Source of the DNA: Schmidtea polychroa
Lineage: Eukaryota
Length of the DNA stretch: 64,000 nt
Assembly: GCA_044892525.1 (NCBI GenBank)
Contig: CM097885.1
Span: forward strand, 12,712,001-12,776,000
Direction: 5' to 3'
Part shown: positions 1 through 14,379 of the stretch, piece after piece
Numbering within the stretch: the first letter of the stretch is position 1
Layout: each line of letters starts with the position of its first letter
The notes under the pieces: generated by a model
Databases searched by the model: none
What the model saw: only the letters and a program-made list of their open reading frames with translations
What the model was told of the DNA's origin: nothing
Program-made: the position numbers and the translations under genes

Positions 1-170
1 GGCAGCTGGCATTTGGCATTGGGCATTGGCATTTGGCATTTGGCATTGGCATTGGTATTGGTATTGGCATTTGGCATTGGCATTTGGCATTGGCATTTGG
101 CAATGGCATTTGGCATTTGGCATTTGGCATTGGCATTTGCATTTGGCATTTGGCATTGGCATTTGGCATT
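1..170. repeat. TGGCAT/TGGCATT 6-7 bp tandem repeat
   Basis: Directly visible; explains the spurious W/H/G-rich ORF 26..250. Confidence 0.95.
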
Positions 171-1311
171 CCTTAACAGTACTGCCGTATAATATTTCTG
201 ATGGGTTCTGGAAGGCCGAAAGGAGGTCTTATGTCGGATGTATTCCTTAATAATTTATGGTCATATGAACACTTTGGTAACGAGTGATAACACACAAAAA
301 CAGATTCGCCTTTGTGCCTTCTTTCCATATTTTGCATATGGCTTGATGTTTGACTTACTGTGATTAAACTCTGATGAAGATCTGATTCAATAACATAAAA
401 AAGGAAAAGAAACAACATTATTATTTATTATAAGGAGATAACTAATGGTACATTATTTCATAAAATGGTGACGATCACAAGAGGAGGTATCTCCTAATTC
501 ACATGATCACAAGTTTGATTTTTCCTTTGGAACTTCTCCTGAGGTAGTTCCAGAACGGGCGTGCGCAGATCAATAGTTGTCGCCAGGAGCTGAACTCCAA
601 AATATGTTCAGATGACCAGTGTTGTCGATGTTGTACAGCATAAGAGAGCAGATGAAGCGAGTAGAGTTACTTCTGAAGCCTTAAAATTATTAGCAACAAC
701 ATTATCTGGGCAACTATCGAGAAATTTCGCAATATCGAAATCTGTGAAAATTTGAGCGTCATGATATCACTTGCGATTTCACAACTGAATTTAGAAGAAT
801 TAAAATTTTTTAAAATAGCCAAATAAAAAAAGATGTGTTTAAAATTATCTAGTTTTTGAAAAAAGATTTCCAATAATATTTATTATTTTAATACCACATA
901 ATAACAACAACAACAACAAAAACATAAATAATAATTTTATTTTAAATAATTTTCAGTTCATAAGAATTATTAATTTATTACAAAATTTCTCTATACACAA
1001 TATTGCGCGTGAATATATGATTGTATATATAGTATAATAATAATAATAATAATAATTATTCATTTAAGTTACTAATAACAATTAATAGATAAATTTATTA
1101 AAATATAACTGAAAAATATATTGAGCGCCACAGAATCAGTGAGTGAGTGAGCGATTGAATGACCTGGACCTTTATAACATATATATTTAAAATTTATTGT
1201 TGATAAAATTATACTATTTACGGTAAATATAAATTATATATAAATACAATAAAGTCTATATAGATGCGTCCTAAGAGTACAAATTGGTATTATTAAAGAA
1301 AGGATTCGAAA

Positions 1312-2935
1312 AGAGACTAACAATTTCAATAAAACAGATATATTATTTTTCATGTTTTTGAAAATAATTTTTCAAAATAAAAAGACAATTTAAATGTTTG
1401 TCTGTCAAACGTCCTCTTAGTTTGGATGCAAAATTATTTGAAACGGAAAAGTTTCTCTCATTTTCTGTTGAAGTAGGTTTTATAGTCATTATTGCTTCCT
1501 TTAGTTTTTTTAAATTTTCGGTTATATTTCCAGTTGCTTCATAAATACTTATTTCTTGGGAAAGTACACGATATTCGTCATCGCTCACAATTTTGATTGG
1601 TGCCAGTGTTTTTGAAATAGATTCTTCCAATTGCTTGCTCATATTACACATTTTTATATTAGAATTATTATTATTTTCTTGAGTAATTGTAATACAATTT
1701 TCGTCATCATTTTCTATTACCATATCCACATCTTCATCAGTGTTTTTAAACAACCATTTTAAAATCAATTTGGCTCTCTTCATTACTTTTATTTTAGAAA
1801 AATTAATTTTAAAAAAATATCCTCATCCTCATGTTGATCTTCAGGAATACAAAAAGTATTATGATCCAGTATAAATTTAAGCAGTGATACTAACGTAACG
1901 TCTCTTCTTTTTGATATTTGAGTTTTATTTCTTTTAAAAGAGATGAACTTTTTATAATAGTAAATTTTAAATTAAATTCAGTAGCCTCAGTTGATCTATT
2001 ATCAGTATCACCAATACCATATTGCAGGGGTGCCCATAAGGTCGATCGCGATCTACCGGTAGATCGCGAAGGATTTTTTAGTAGATCTTCATAAAAAAAT
2101 ATTTTTTATATAAATTTAGATTTTATATAAAATTTCTGTTTTATGCTTAAATTTTTTGTCAATTTTCATGTTCTGTGTTCCATTTCTATGGTAATACTAA
2201 ATAACATTTTTTAATTTTGATTTCACCATTTCCAAAATGTTATTTAGTTTATTTAGTTTAATTTAATTATGTTTATTGTAGGTAAATATTATGTAAGTAT
2301 TAAAAAAGTAGATCGCATACACATTTTGGATGTGAATGTAGCTCTCCTAGAAAAATTAGTGGGCACCCCTGCCATATTGCCAGTCATATTCATCTTCTGA
2401 TGAATCGGAGCAACCAATATCACTATTTTGTACACTAGAGCTAAAACCTTTTTGATAAAATGTTTAAATAATAGCTAAATATACTGCATAATTATAACAT
2501 AATTGTTGGAATGCTGGTGAAAGTTTACCGAATTTTATCATCACACTCGCACAATCACTTGCAGTAGCAACTATATCAGTTGAAAAATTTAAACTGAATG
2601 ATTTCAAATTTAAATCAACTAATTCAACGGCTTTTTCGGCAGAACAAGATCCATCTATACGAATTAAGACCAAATATTCGGTATTTCCGTCATGATAATA
2701 TAATTGTATACTTTCCACTCATCGATTGACTTCGAGAATTTTTTATAATTGGATTCGATCAAATTTTTTTTTTCAATTATTTCTAACTTTTTTTACAGCG
2801 GTGGCTTAAATTTCGATTTTTGAACATAAAAAATATTTTTTCTCGAGAAAACCCGAAATATGGGGAAAATGGAAAAACAAATAAATTAGTTTTCCAGAGA
2901 ATTCCAGCAGGAGAATTCTTGAGACAGAAACTCTA
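1312..2935 (-). mobile_element. Degenerate hAT transposon remnant, copy 1
   Basis: ORF 1343..1783 ends in a hAT dimerisation-type motif (IKPTSTENERNFS...RLTDKHLNCLFILK). ORF 2464..2718 has DIVATASDCASVM...QLCYNYAV. Putative terminus TAGAGTTTC (minus) at 2935. Broken by a MITE and an approximately 70 nt deletion relative to copy 2. Confidence 0.85.
2025..2371. mobile_element. hAT-type MITE (347 bp)
   Basis: 12-bp TIR CAGGGGTGCCCA, 8-bp TSD CCATATTG (2017-2024 and 2372-2379). Empty site in the paralogous hAT near 26400. Confidence 0.95.
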
Positions 2936-3289
2936 AATATTTCATAACATTGAGCACGCATATTGAAATTTTAATTTTGAGAGAATGTAAAAGAGTGAGA
3001 TATAGAGAAAGTTAAGAAACTATGTTTTTACGGTTAGTTTTTTATAATATTCATAATGCGTATCAGCTAGGAAGAAATTCTTGCTAGAGAGTTACAGGAG
3101 GATAAATTACAAAGTTAACTTTTATCCGAGAATTTTTAAGTTCTCCAGACTATGAATAGTAGTAGGGTTTTAGGCGATATAAGCCAGGCGCCCCCAGCCA
3201 AAGTAACATTTATTAATTTCTCTAATTTACAATCTAAATATCACTTCATAAACCCATTTTCAAGTCTTAAAGTTGATATATTACAAAGC

Positions 3290-3475
3290 CACAGGTTCCA
3301 CAGGTTAGGAGTTTAGGAGTTTTTGGGTGTGTGTTTTATACTTTCGGCTTTCTGCTTTATGATTTGTGCTCTGTGCTATGTAGTACTACTAAACCCACAA
3401 AGCACAGGCCATAAAGCAGAAATTATAAACCACACACCCACAAACTATTAAACTCCTAACCTCTGGAACCTATGT
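3290..3475. repeat. Imperfect palindrome, MITE-like
   Basis: GGTTCCACAGGTTAGGAGTTTA...TTTCTGCTTTATG mirrored by CATAAAGCAGAAA...TAAACTCCTAACCTCTGGAACC, centred near TAGTACTA at about 3384. Confidence 0.65.
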
Positions 3476-4489
3476 GGAACAACCCATGACCTTGAACTAC
3501 AAGTCTAAACAGCCTTAAAGTATTTGGCGTGGTTACCAGGCCACATGGTTACTTGGTCATATAGATTTATTAAACAAATTATACAAATTTTATTAATTAA
3601 ATTAATTGTATTTAAATAACCAATAATTGTTCAATTTAGACGGTTTTAATAAATATATCATTTCTGTACTCGAATTTTTGAACATTGTTGGCTATTAATG
3701 AGCAAAATAAATGTTTGATTTTAAAGTTTTACTAAGAAATTTTAATAATTATTGAAAAACATTTTATTTGGGAGGTCTTTAAACCAAATATCCAATCGTT
3801 TTGCCCGAGGCGGCACTTTGGGTCACTACGCCACTGAACATACATGATTATGTATTTACTGATTCACATATAAATATAACAATTTTTATCTGAATTTTGC
3901 TTATTACTTGATTACACAAGTTTATTGGTCAAATAGACATTAAAAAATTATTTTAAAAATTATTTTGTATTAATAATTTGACATTGTCTATTTAAGGACC
4001 GGGTCATGAGAAACACTTTAGAAACGACACAGATCAGTGACTACGATGACTTGCAACCTCCATAAGGTTTATTGTTAATGTTAGAAGATGGGAGAATCCA
4101 AAAAATTTTAAAATTAAAATATTATACAATAAGGGCAGATAGATATAGAATAAATATACATATTCAGAAATAAGTTAATGAAAATTGATTCGAATACAAG
4201 ATAACTATGATGATAACAATTTGGTGATGTATCGACAATTATGACTATATTGATTATTTTATTTTGATTATGAGAATTATAAATACATCGATTGTTTTTA
4301 TTTTTATGGTGATGTGAATTTTTAAATAGCAATCAATTTTGAACTTAATTACAGATTATATTGATTATTTTAAGAATTTAATGACATTTTATTGAAAAAT
4401 ATTGTTGACAACACACAAAAATAGGTCTCTTGAAAAAAAATAATTAATTTATATTTTTATCTTGTTATTTTACTTACAATTATTATTAT

Positions 4490-4503
4490 AATAATTATTA
4501 TTA

Positions 4504-4575
<72 letters not shown>
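4490..4575. repeat. (ATT)n microsatellite
   Basis: Directly visible. Confidence 0.95.
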
Positions 4576-5965
4576 GCACATTTGCACAATTCGACAGAGA
4601 AACACCTGCCAATGAACAAATTGAAAAGAGAGACTTGATTTGTCTGTTGTTTTATTCTTTAATGACCAATAGTGAACGGCAAATTCCTGCTAATTGAAAT
4701 CAATGTGCTTTATTTGTTTTTTCTTCTGCACTGAGTGCAGGATTGTTTGTTTTATTTTTTTATGCAATAAGTGCACATTATTTTTAAAAAAGAAATTTTA
4801 TCTATCAAAACAAGGTATGTTGACACTCCAAATGGGGTTTCAAAAGAAAATTGGTATATATACAGACTTATATTTCAGTCAAAGCACCCCAAAAAATCAT
4901 TTGCGAAGAAGAGTTGCAAATTCAGTAATTGATATTGCAATATAATTTGAGCATACAGATTTACATAACCGAGCTCAGGTAATAGCATTTAGAAACTATT
5001 AGCAAAGAAAACAAGACAAAAAGAGAACCCTATATAAAATTACATAATTCACTGTGTGAAAAGGTGAATATTTTATTTTGTAATATATCATTATTGTTAT
5101 CAAATAAAAGTCTTGAAAGAACCAGTGTTTGACTTATTTATTTATATAAGATCATCAAGTTGAGATTCTTGGAACCTCAACACTAATTTTATTTAAATGA
5201 CTTTCCATGGTGACATTTATGATACTCGGAAGCCTAAATTTCATATAACTATCTCCTCGAATTTAGAGACTTTAAATGTATTAACTTGAGATAAATCTAT
5301 TTCCCTGGCCTTGGTTACCCTTTCCACATTTTTTTTGAACTTCAAAAGTTTTAGATAAAATTTTGATAAAAGCTGAAGAATAAAAGTAGATTATAAAAAT
5401 AGTGAATATTATAGTAAATTGATAAATTCCCTACCTATATGTCATAGCTTCTATTAAGGTTGGTACATTATGCTCAACACAAATTTGCCTTGCAGCCTTT
5501 GTTGCAGTGTAAACTGCTAATGAATCATTTCCATCAACCTTCATATAATTCCTTAACCGTAGCCATAAGCAGCTATAAACAACAAATTTAGGTTTGAAAG
5601 CATTAAATAGTAAACTAACCGACTCCATCACCATCATAGTGTTGACTGCTTTGTGTAGATATGGCATAACCATTATTCCGACAAAATAAATTAATTGGAC
5701 ATTTTATAGTTTCAGCAAAATTAAATGCAGCATGAACAACATCCACCCCCTCCCATAGAAGAAGCTCCTTCTCCAAAGTAGCACATAACACATTGTTTAT
5801 TGTTATGAATTTTATTTACATATGCATATCCGACAGCTGAAATGTTTATAATAACAATTTATGAATTTTGTCAGTTTTTTATGAAAATATGAATTGGGCA
5901 TAATTACATTTATACGATGTAGTGATAGATAAATAACATGAGTTCTAATGTTTAGTTTAAAATTT

Positions 5966-8384
5966 AAGTGGTTCTCAAATTCTTTGAAATTTTCTGGGAG
6001 GCGGTCCCTTTAAAAATTGTTAGATAGCTTGCGGACCCCCAATAATAAAAAATAAAAAAGGTATAGCAAATAAAACATATATATTGAGAAAATATTACAT
6101 CGTAAAAGTTAAATAACAATTTTAATGCGACGGATGCAGGCGTTTTTCCAGAACTAGAGCTTCTAGGTTTGGCTTTGTCTTGGCCAGTGCAACTCGCATA
6201 TCATTTGTCGCGCATAATCTATTTCTTGCTTTTGTTTTAATTGTAAATAGTGTAGAAAAAGCCGACTCAGACTCATAGGTGGTTGCAAATGGAATGAGGA
6301 CTTTTAGAGCCATCTTTGCAACATCAGGATAGGACAGTGCCATTTCAATCTAAAAGTCACTACAGCAAGTTCCACGGAAAACATGTTTTGCACCCTCATC
6401 GTTCATTAAATCAATAAATTGTTCCTGAACTAAATTGTCGTCCTAGGGCAGGTCACTAATGGATACTTCAAATGGGTTAATGATAAACCGATGGTGTTTT
6501 TCAAATTTTCGCAGATCAGGAAAATAGTGAGACATTTCTTTGCTAAGAACGAATACATGCTGTTTCATCATTTCAAGAATATCGGCATCGACTTCAAGCT
6601 CATTTTCATCAATATATGTATTCAGCTGCGGAAATGGAGCAAAATTCTTATTCTCTAACTTTGTAATCCATAGTTCGAGCTTCATTTTGAAAGCCGTCAA
6701 TTTTTCATGACAATGTAGCACTGTGATATCTTTTCCTTGCAGCGCCAGATTGATATAATTCACGGATTCAAATATGTCTACCAAAAATGACAAGGAAATA
6801 AGAAAACGGACATCGGAGAATTTTGTGTGCATGTCTGGTTTGGTATCTTTCAAAAATTGCTGAATTTCTTTATGGAGTATAAAAACCCTCCTTAAAACTT
6901 TCCTTTTATAAAAGCCACCTCAAGTGTGAGTGCAACAAGAGTTTTTTAATTTCGGAATCACTTTCTTTGCATAACTCGGAAAACAAACGAAAGCTAGGTG
7001 CATTTGATTTTATGAAATTTACTGCTGTAATCATATGATTGAGAACATTTTTCAAGTCGTCAGGCATGGTTTTTACCATTAAAGCTTGGCGATGAATAGT
7101 GCAGTGTGTACCAATCATGCTTGGGGATTTTTTTAACCAAAGTTTGAAACCCAGAACGACAACCAAGCATTGCTGGAGCACCGTCAGTACACACGCCAAT
7201 AAGATTTTCCTATTTGATATCATGCGCTTCAAAGAATCTGTCCACTTTACCAAAGATTTCTTTTGCAGTTGTTCTGGTATTGAGAGTTTCACAGAACAAA
7301 AATTCATCTTCCAGGTGTTTATCATACGTATATCGTACGTAGACGCAAAGTTGTGCTAAGTTGGCGACATTCGTCGTTTCATCAAGTTGAATTGCAAAGA
7401 AGGAGAACGTTGAGTTTTGAATTTTTGACACCACTTGCGACAGAATGTTTTCGGACATTTCTGCTATTCGCCTCCGAACAGTGTCGTTTGACAGGCAAGC
7501 GTAACTTAGCTTGCTGAGCTCCGAACATTCCAGAACATTTGATATTATATCTTTGCAGCAAGGTAATATCAACTCTTCTCCGATATTGTGTGGTTTTTGG
7601 CCCGCAGCTATTTTCCTTGAAACCTCATAGAACGCCCTCAGACCAGCCTTAATGTTCTGCGACCAGATTCCTGTGTCATCAATCCTAAAGTTGTGCAGTC
7701 GTTCGGCTTAACGCTTAAAGAAGTCGACATCTTTGGTCATTGAGCTGGGATGCTTCGTTTCTAAGTGTCTCTTTAACTTGCTGGGTTTAAGAGAAGAGGG
7801 TGCCAGCACCTCAGAACACAAGACACACTGTGGTTTCTCTTCTCCTTCCGAATTTATTACAGTAAACCCATATTGTACATATGAAATGTCATATTTCATT
7901 TTCTTTTTGGTGGGCATCTTAAATCTAAAAAAATCGATAAAATAAAATAAAAATATAAATTTATAAAATTATATAGCAAAAGTTAATGTTTATTATACCA
8001 CAAACTGTTTAGAAGAAAATATAATACTAAATGTCATGCGTCGTTCACTCGGAGAAAATACAATTAAAGGCAAAGAATAAGCAGACAAGCCTGCTATATA
8101 AACCCTCGAGGTTGGACCGAGTCGAGGTGACAACGTTACAATTTAAAACAATGACGTCACAAATAAGCATACAACCTCAACATGCACGCAAAATATTGGA
8201 GACACAAAACGCAGTTTTACCCCGTAAGGGGGCTAATGTTGAATTGATTTTTAATAACAGAAATGATTAAATTATTTTGTGATGTTTTTTTTAAATGATT
8301 TATAAAAATGATTTAAAAAAATAAATATGCGTTAGTTCGTCGCGGTCCCCTAGGGGACCGCGGACCCCACTTTGAGAACCGCTG
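5966..8384 (-). mobile_element. Buster/Charlie-type hAT transposon with decayed transposase (about 7917-6122)
   Basis: BED finger PQCVLCSEVL...KLKRHLETKH, FAIQLDETT, HCTIHRQAL and PFATTYESESAFS spread over 5 broken ORFs. TIRs (A)AGTGGTTCTCAAA and TTTGAGAACCGCTG; subterminal GCGGACCCC motifs; TSD degraded. Confidence 0.92.
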
Positions 8385-9240
8385 GTTTAAATGATGTCAA
8401 ATGTATTTTTATATTTTTTAATAAAGATAATGATGTAAAATTTAATAACATAAATATTTAAAACATAAAGAAAATTTTGATTTAATCTTACAATTATCAA
8501 TTATGTACAAAATATTATGAAATTTGGTTAAAATTTAAATGCAAATCCGATGCCCTTGAATTTAATATAATAGCTAAAATAATATAAAGCAACCTGAAAC
8601 ATAAATAAACAATTTTGGTAGATACCTTCACTCTAACATCAATAATATCAATGTTGTAAAAAGTTTGTTAAGATCATCAAATATAGGTTAATGAAAAGCG
8701 TTTTCATTATAAATTTTGTTAATTAATTAAACCTATTTTTAATTAATTATTATTTTTTTTATATTTATTATCAGTCTTATGAAGGGGCCTCATTTTCATT
8801 ATGACAATAGATGAGACGATTAATTTGTTATGTAACACAAGTTAAAAACATTGATAAAAATGTGTGTTACACATGAAAATAAATTTTTGACCTACAGCCA
8901 TAATGAAAATAAATGAAATATCAAATGAAAACAGTTCAAATGTGAATAAAATAATTTATGATTTTACTCAAATAATAATCGAAGTATGCAACTGTTGGAT
9001 ACAACGTTCCCTCAAATATTTGTTTTAATCGAATTGTTTTAATTTTTCACCACTAAACAGTTTTTAAAAATATTTTTAAAATTTGATAAATTAATAATTT
9101 AATATTTAAGAAGTCTAAGAAGACAAGCTGGATTACATCTAAAAACAAAAAAATCAATAACCGAATCTCATTCAGAATCTTCTAACATCGCTGAAAATTA
9201 CAATCATCTTCTTAATCCGAATAGTAGAACATACGGCAAC

Positions 9241-11072
9241 TTGCCGGACAATCCAAATAGCATCGATGGGAACATCAGCAGTATGGAAAATGACATTAAG
9301 AACATTGTCAAGAAACAGGCTTATCTCATGAAAGAGCAACTCTCGACACAAAAATCTCTCACTCGTAATATAAAAATACTTAAAAACCTTAAAGATTTAA
9401 CAATACTGCCTTCAGATAAAACAAACAGACTTGTGGCGCTTAACACAGATCATTATGAATCACTTGTCAACGAGCATCTCGCCAATTATACCGCAACAAA
9501 CAAAATAATCTTACCATCCTACTCGCAGATCGCATTTAATAAGAAGCTTGCTGTCATTGCTAACAAACAGACTAACCTCGAAATCAAAGATTTACTTGCA
9601 AAATGCAATTGTAGTGAAGAACATCAGTGAGTACAATAACAACGTTGCCCAAAGATCACAAAGATCCGTTAAAAGGTAGACCTCTTGTATCTGCTGTTGA
9701 CACGCCATCCACAACTCTTTCAAAGATTCTTCCTGAAATCCTTAAAAATCTACTAAATTTTATCCCCTGTCATCTTAAAAACACACTCCAATTTGTTGCA
9801 GAAATTACAAACCTATCTCTTTCAACATCACTAGAGCAACAATACTTTTGGGGATATCTTGATGTCTCTAATCTTTACGGATCCATCCCTCTCACTGTAG
9901 AGAACAACGTCTTCACGGTTGCAGCTTCTTTCTTCGAAACCTTCAAACCACTAACTGTTTTTGCAGACTTATCTGAACAAGATTTCATAGAATTTGTCAA
10001 ACTAGCCATAAACTCAGATACTGTATTAATTAAAGGAAAACCGTTCAAACAAATTCATGGTCTAGCTATGGGTATCAACTTTTTGCCGATTTTAGCCATT
10101 TTTTACATGCATCATGTAGAAACAAATATTAAATCATTTTTTGTAGATAAAATCCTGATGTGGAAAAGATACATTGATGACATTTTCATAGTCTCCACGG
10201 TACCTCTCAATATAATCTTGCAAACTCCACTAACACTAATATACAATTCACTCTTGAACTACTTGACCCAGAAGGCAAGATTGCTTTCTTAGATACCATG
10301 ATAAGCCCTTCTGAAGGTCCAAACACGCTCATATTCAAGACAGATTTATTCACTAAAAGTCTACACAGTGGGCACATTCTTCCTTGAGAAAGTCACGTTC
10401 CACTCCAACGAAAGATCGCTCTATTAGTAATAGATAGAAAAAGAGCAATACGGAACTGTTCGGACAAAACCAAAACACAAGAAACCCTAGAAAACTTTAA
10501 AACACGGTTTTTACAAAATGGATACCAAAAGGAGTTCGTAGAAAAATACTGCTTGAGTGAATAACTCTAATATGCATAATTCAAAAAATGAACATGTCAA
10601 TAACCGAGTAATATACCTACGCTTCCCTGTAGGACATGTAACACAATCAGAGCTTACATTCGCAATATTGTGCTGCCAGTTCATATTCGCCCAATTTTTA
10701 TAACTGCTGCACCTCTTAAATCACAGCTTCGTAAGTCTCAAAAATCTCTAACATCAGACCTATTTCATCCAGATTGTATATGCCTATCCTCCATCAAATG
10801 TTTCTGCTTCTCAAAGAACATCGTTTACCAAATTACTTGCACAAGATGTAACATATCGTACATAGGCGAAACACTTAGAACGTTACAAACAAGACTCAAC
10901 GAACCAGCAATTATCACGAACACTGGAAAAAGTGCACAAATTACCACCACTCTTACACGAAACAAAATGCAAAATGTTACAAGATTCCTTCAAAAACTCA
11001 TTGCAAAGATTAGCCACTGAGGCTCTTTATATCCAAAAACTTAAACCGTCCATCAACATTCAACTAAATTAA
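9241..11072 (+). mobile_element. Penelope-like retroelement (RT plus GIY-YIG endonuclease), decayed
   Basis: ILPSDKTN, LPKDHK..GRPLVS, LDVSNLYGSIP, QIHGLAMG, WKRYIDDIF. Endonuclease NIVYQITCTRCNISYIGET and terminal EALYIQKLKPSINIQ. Several frameshifts and stops. Confidence 0.92.
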
Positions 11073-12904
11073 TATTTAATTAGAATGATTAGATTAAAAT
11101 TTAAAATTAAAAAAATATTTAAAATATAAAAAACGTTTTTTTATTAAAAAATTAAAATTTAATTAAATTACAGAATTTTAAAAATAGGAAATATATTTTT
11201 TGGTTAATTAAAATAAAATATAAATAGAATATAATTAAACCAATAAATTTATTATAAAATACGAAATAAATTATTTATCCTCCAACAATAATTATTTAAT
11301 GTAATAATGATCAAATTCACTTGCAAAAGGCAGTGCCGAAAATTCAGGAGTGTCAACAAACATCGATATATTACTGATTTATAGTCTTCAAGCTATTTTC
11401 AAAATTTCTATTTATTTGAAAATTTTAAATTTAAGAACCCAATACACACACACACATTTATATATAATGGTTTTGTTATCGACAAATGAAATATTGTTCA
11501 TTTTAAAATGTTAAATAAATAAAACTGCTTACCAATATCAAGAGCGGCTTCACCAACGGATGGAACGTAAAATGAAATGCGTTTTCTCAATTCCAAATCG
11601 CAAACAACTTTGTCAAACAAATTCAGTTTAATCATAGACTGTAATATATTTCTCAGAATTTCTTTATTAATCTAGACTTAAAACAACAAATTTAAATAAA
11701 AAAACACTGGGAAAATGTATTAAATTCGTCACCTATGTCAAGATAGAGGGAGGAGAGTTCATTAACCATGACTGAACATAGGATGTCTTAGTTTTAATTG
11801 CAGACGTAACCCTAATTGAGCGGACATTATATATTATAAGAATTTTTTATATAAAAATAAATCAATGCAAAAAAACATTTATTTTGAACAAGTGACAAAC
11901 ATAAAGAAATGTAAAATGAAAGCGTTCAAATATTTAATAAATTCAGTCAAAATGAGAGATTTTGTGACTCTACAAAACGTTTTGATGTTGAAATGTTCAA
12001 TGTTTCTATGGATATTGTTGTTGGGAATATGATGAAGGTTTCAAGGAACTCCTAAAGGTGTAAATTTGGTGGCTACCTAGCAACATTATTATAAATATGG
12101 AATTGTAATTATCGATAATATTAATGATAATTTGGCTGGCCTTCAAGGGATTCTATCAAATGCACTTTTACCTTCAATTATAAGAAATGCTCAGTTGTAA
12201 TATTATTATAATAAATTCAAATAAATGATCTGATAGAAACCTAACATGGCTGCCATAATATCTGATCCGGATTGATATAATAGATCAGATAATGACATCA
12301 ATTGTGAGATCCCCTGATGATGTGTGTTACATGCTCATAATGACAGCTGCTCAATAAATAATTCAATTTCATATCAATATAATGCTAATTTTCATTGATT
12401 TTCTCATTTATTTTTGGCGGCAATATTATTGATATTTGAGGGAAATTGGTTGAGAAATATAAAATAGCAATTGAAATCTGAATTTGAAAACAAACCAGTG
12501 TAACAATTGAGGCGAAATTAAATGCAAAAATTTCACATATTGGAAAGAAAATAAAAATTAAAAATGTTTCCAAATAGAAAATAAATATTTTGAATATAAA
12601 ATGAAAAAGTAAAAATTTCAAAATATTTCAATTCAAAATGATGAACAACAATAAAAATTAATTCAAAACAGATCAATAAATGGATCTGCACAAAGCTCAT
12701 TAAATGCTGATCCAATTTGATCCAATCAGCATTAAATGCGGTTACAGCTGATCCACAGCATCAATAATGTTGCAATCAGTTTATAATTGGGCAAATGCAT
12801 CAATAACTGATCCAGACAAATTGATCCACCAGCACAAGGCAAATAATAAAACTGATCAAAAGCCAAAATAAATCAATTTTTTATTGAAATGTTTTTTTAA
12901 TTTT

Positions 12905-14379
12905 TCAAAATTTTTCAATTCTGCACCTGAGCAGCAATTTATCACTTTTGGCTGCTAATTTATAGGTTGAGGAACCATCATAAATGCGAATTGGAATATT
13001 TCTGTCATTTGACGGTTTCCACCATGCGGCAACTTCAAACCAACCTGAATATTTTATTGACTTGCTCTTATAAATGTTGCCATTTGCTGGATCGATCACA
13101 TCGATTGTCACGGATTGATTGAACGGCCAATCCAATTGCTCATCATTTGCCCCACGCATCAAACAGAAACCAGCATAAACACAATCACCACCAACCCAAT
13201 TACCCCAATGCTCACCCACAAGCACATTTTGTAACCGATTGGCCCCAAATAAAATGCCTCACTGTAAATATATTCACCTCTTTTTTGTTGTGAAAATTTA
13301 TCGATTTGCCATTCAAAATATCCGTCATTTATATATTTTTCATTTACTAATTTTGTTTCATTCTGCCGAATTTCATTGGCGCAATTCGCCATTTCAAGCT
13401 GCAACTGAATCTCAAATTCAAACATTTCAAATAATCAATGAATCACTTTTTCAGTCTCCTGCTGCAGCCGCTGCTCGCATTTCTCTTTCATCTCATCAAT
13501 TTGCTGTTGACATTTTGATTCAATCACCTCAATTTGCTGTCTGATCTGCTTTCCATCAATAATAAATCAATAACAAATCAAATCAATAATCAAACTTGAT
13601 TGATTGATCCAATATTTGTATCCATCTCCATTCTCAATGAGCGATTCTCATTCTTCAATGCCACCATTTTCTCATTCAATTCTTCTATTTCCTTTCTGTT
13701 CTCCGCCTCCTTCCTTTCAACATTGCACAATTTCACCTACAATCACAAAATATATATAAAATTAATTACAAATAAAATTTACATTGATATTATCAAATTG
13801 TTGTTTGAATTGCGTCATTTCTCCTTTCAATCCGATAATTTCGTTACGCAATCTCACATTCTCATCTCTCATTGATTGCATTCCATTGCATAAATTACTG
13901 ATGTGATCGATCAATAATTGGCTATGAGCTTCATTGTTCTCATTGATATGGACTTTCATTTCGTCCTTTTCTACGTCACTCATTTCGCATCCAATTCTAT
14001 TGAACGGACATCTGATTGGCTGCTTGTTGCATGTTCTCATGTGGCTCTCCATCATGCACAACTCGGTTTTCAATTCACAATTTTGCATTTTGCATTTTAC
14101 AATAACTTCAGATATTTTTAAATTGGCTACATGATCCACAGAAACATCTTTAGTGAAAAGAATCGTTTGAACTTGACAATATTTTGCTGCTCCTGGACAG
14201 AATTTATCTTTTCCATCCAAATAATGCTCAATGCAATCAGAACAAAAGCGACAACCGCAAGGAGCTTGGCAAGCTTTTATCATTAAACATTTGCAAATTT
14301 TGCAAATCAATTCACTGCTAATTTCATTATCAAATTCAAATTTATTTCCCCTCATCATTTCCCATACGCTCGCAAACAT
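12905..14379 (-). pseudogene. TRAF: TRAF-family gene (RING, TRAF zinc finger, coiled coil, MATH); exons 14379-13783, 13736-13596, 13545-13447, 13404-12905; one frameshift in MATH
   Basis: RING-like CKICKC...CGCRFCSDC; zinc finger C...C...HMRTC...CPFNRIGC; MATH GYFEWQID...SEAFY...GYKMCL then, in a shifted frame, MRGANDEQLDWPF. Three phase-0 GT-AG introns of 42-50 nt. Last exon is 500 nt, not a multiple of 3. Confidence 0.88.

Larger units (their letters stand above)
5435..11671 (-). pseudogene. BCKDHA: Branched-chain 2-oxo acid dehydrogenase E1 alpha paralog, pseudogene (recognisable exons 11671-11533, 5836-5620, 5572-5435)
   Basis: Exons read INKEILRNILQSMIKLNLFDKVVCDLELRKRISFYVPSVGE; VGYAY...CYFGEGASS...[24 protein letters not shown]...[14 protein letters not shown]...LIEAMTYR, with AG/GT borders mostly matching the + copy. 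Lesions: 10 extra nt (frameshift) near 5745; in-frame TAA plus frameshift near 5550. Confidence 0.85.

Noticed and set aside
195..240. Hammerhead-ribozyme-like CTGATG...GAAA
   Set aside because: Core reads CTGATGG rather than CTGANGA and stems I and II do not pair convincingly. No clear hammerhead was seen near the Penelope element either.
26..250. W/H/G-rich ORF
   Set aside because: Translation of the TGGCAT repeat.
5140..5260. Possible downstream exon of the minus BCKDHA copy (LRFQESQLDDLI)
   Set aside because: Similarity too short and interrupted by stops.
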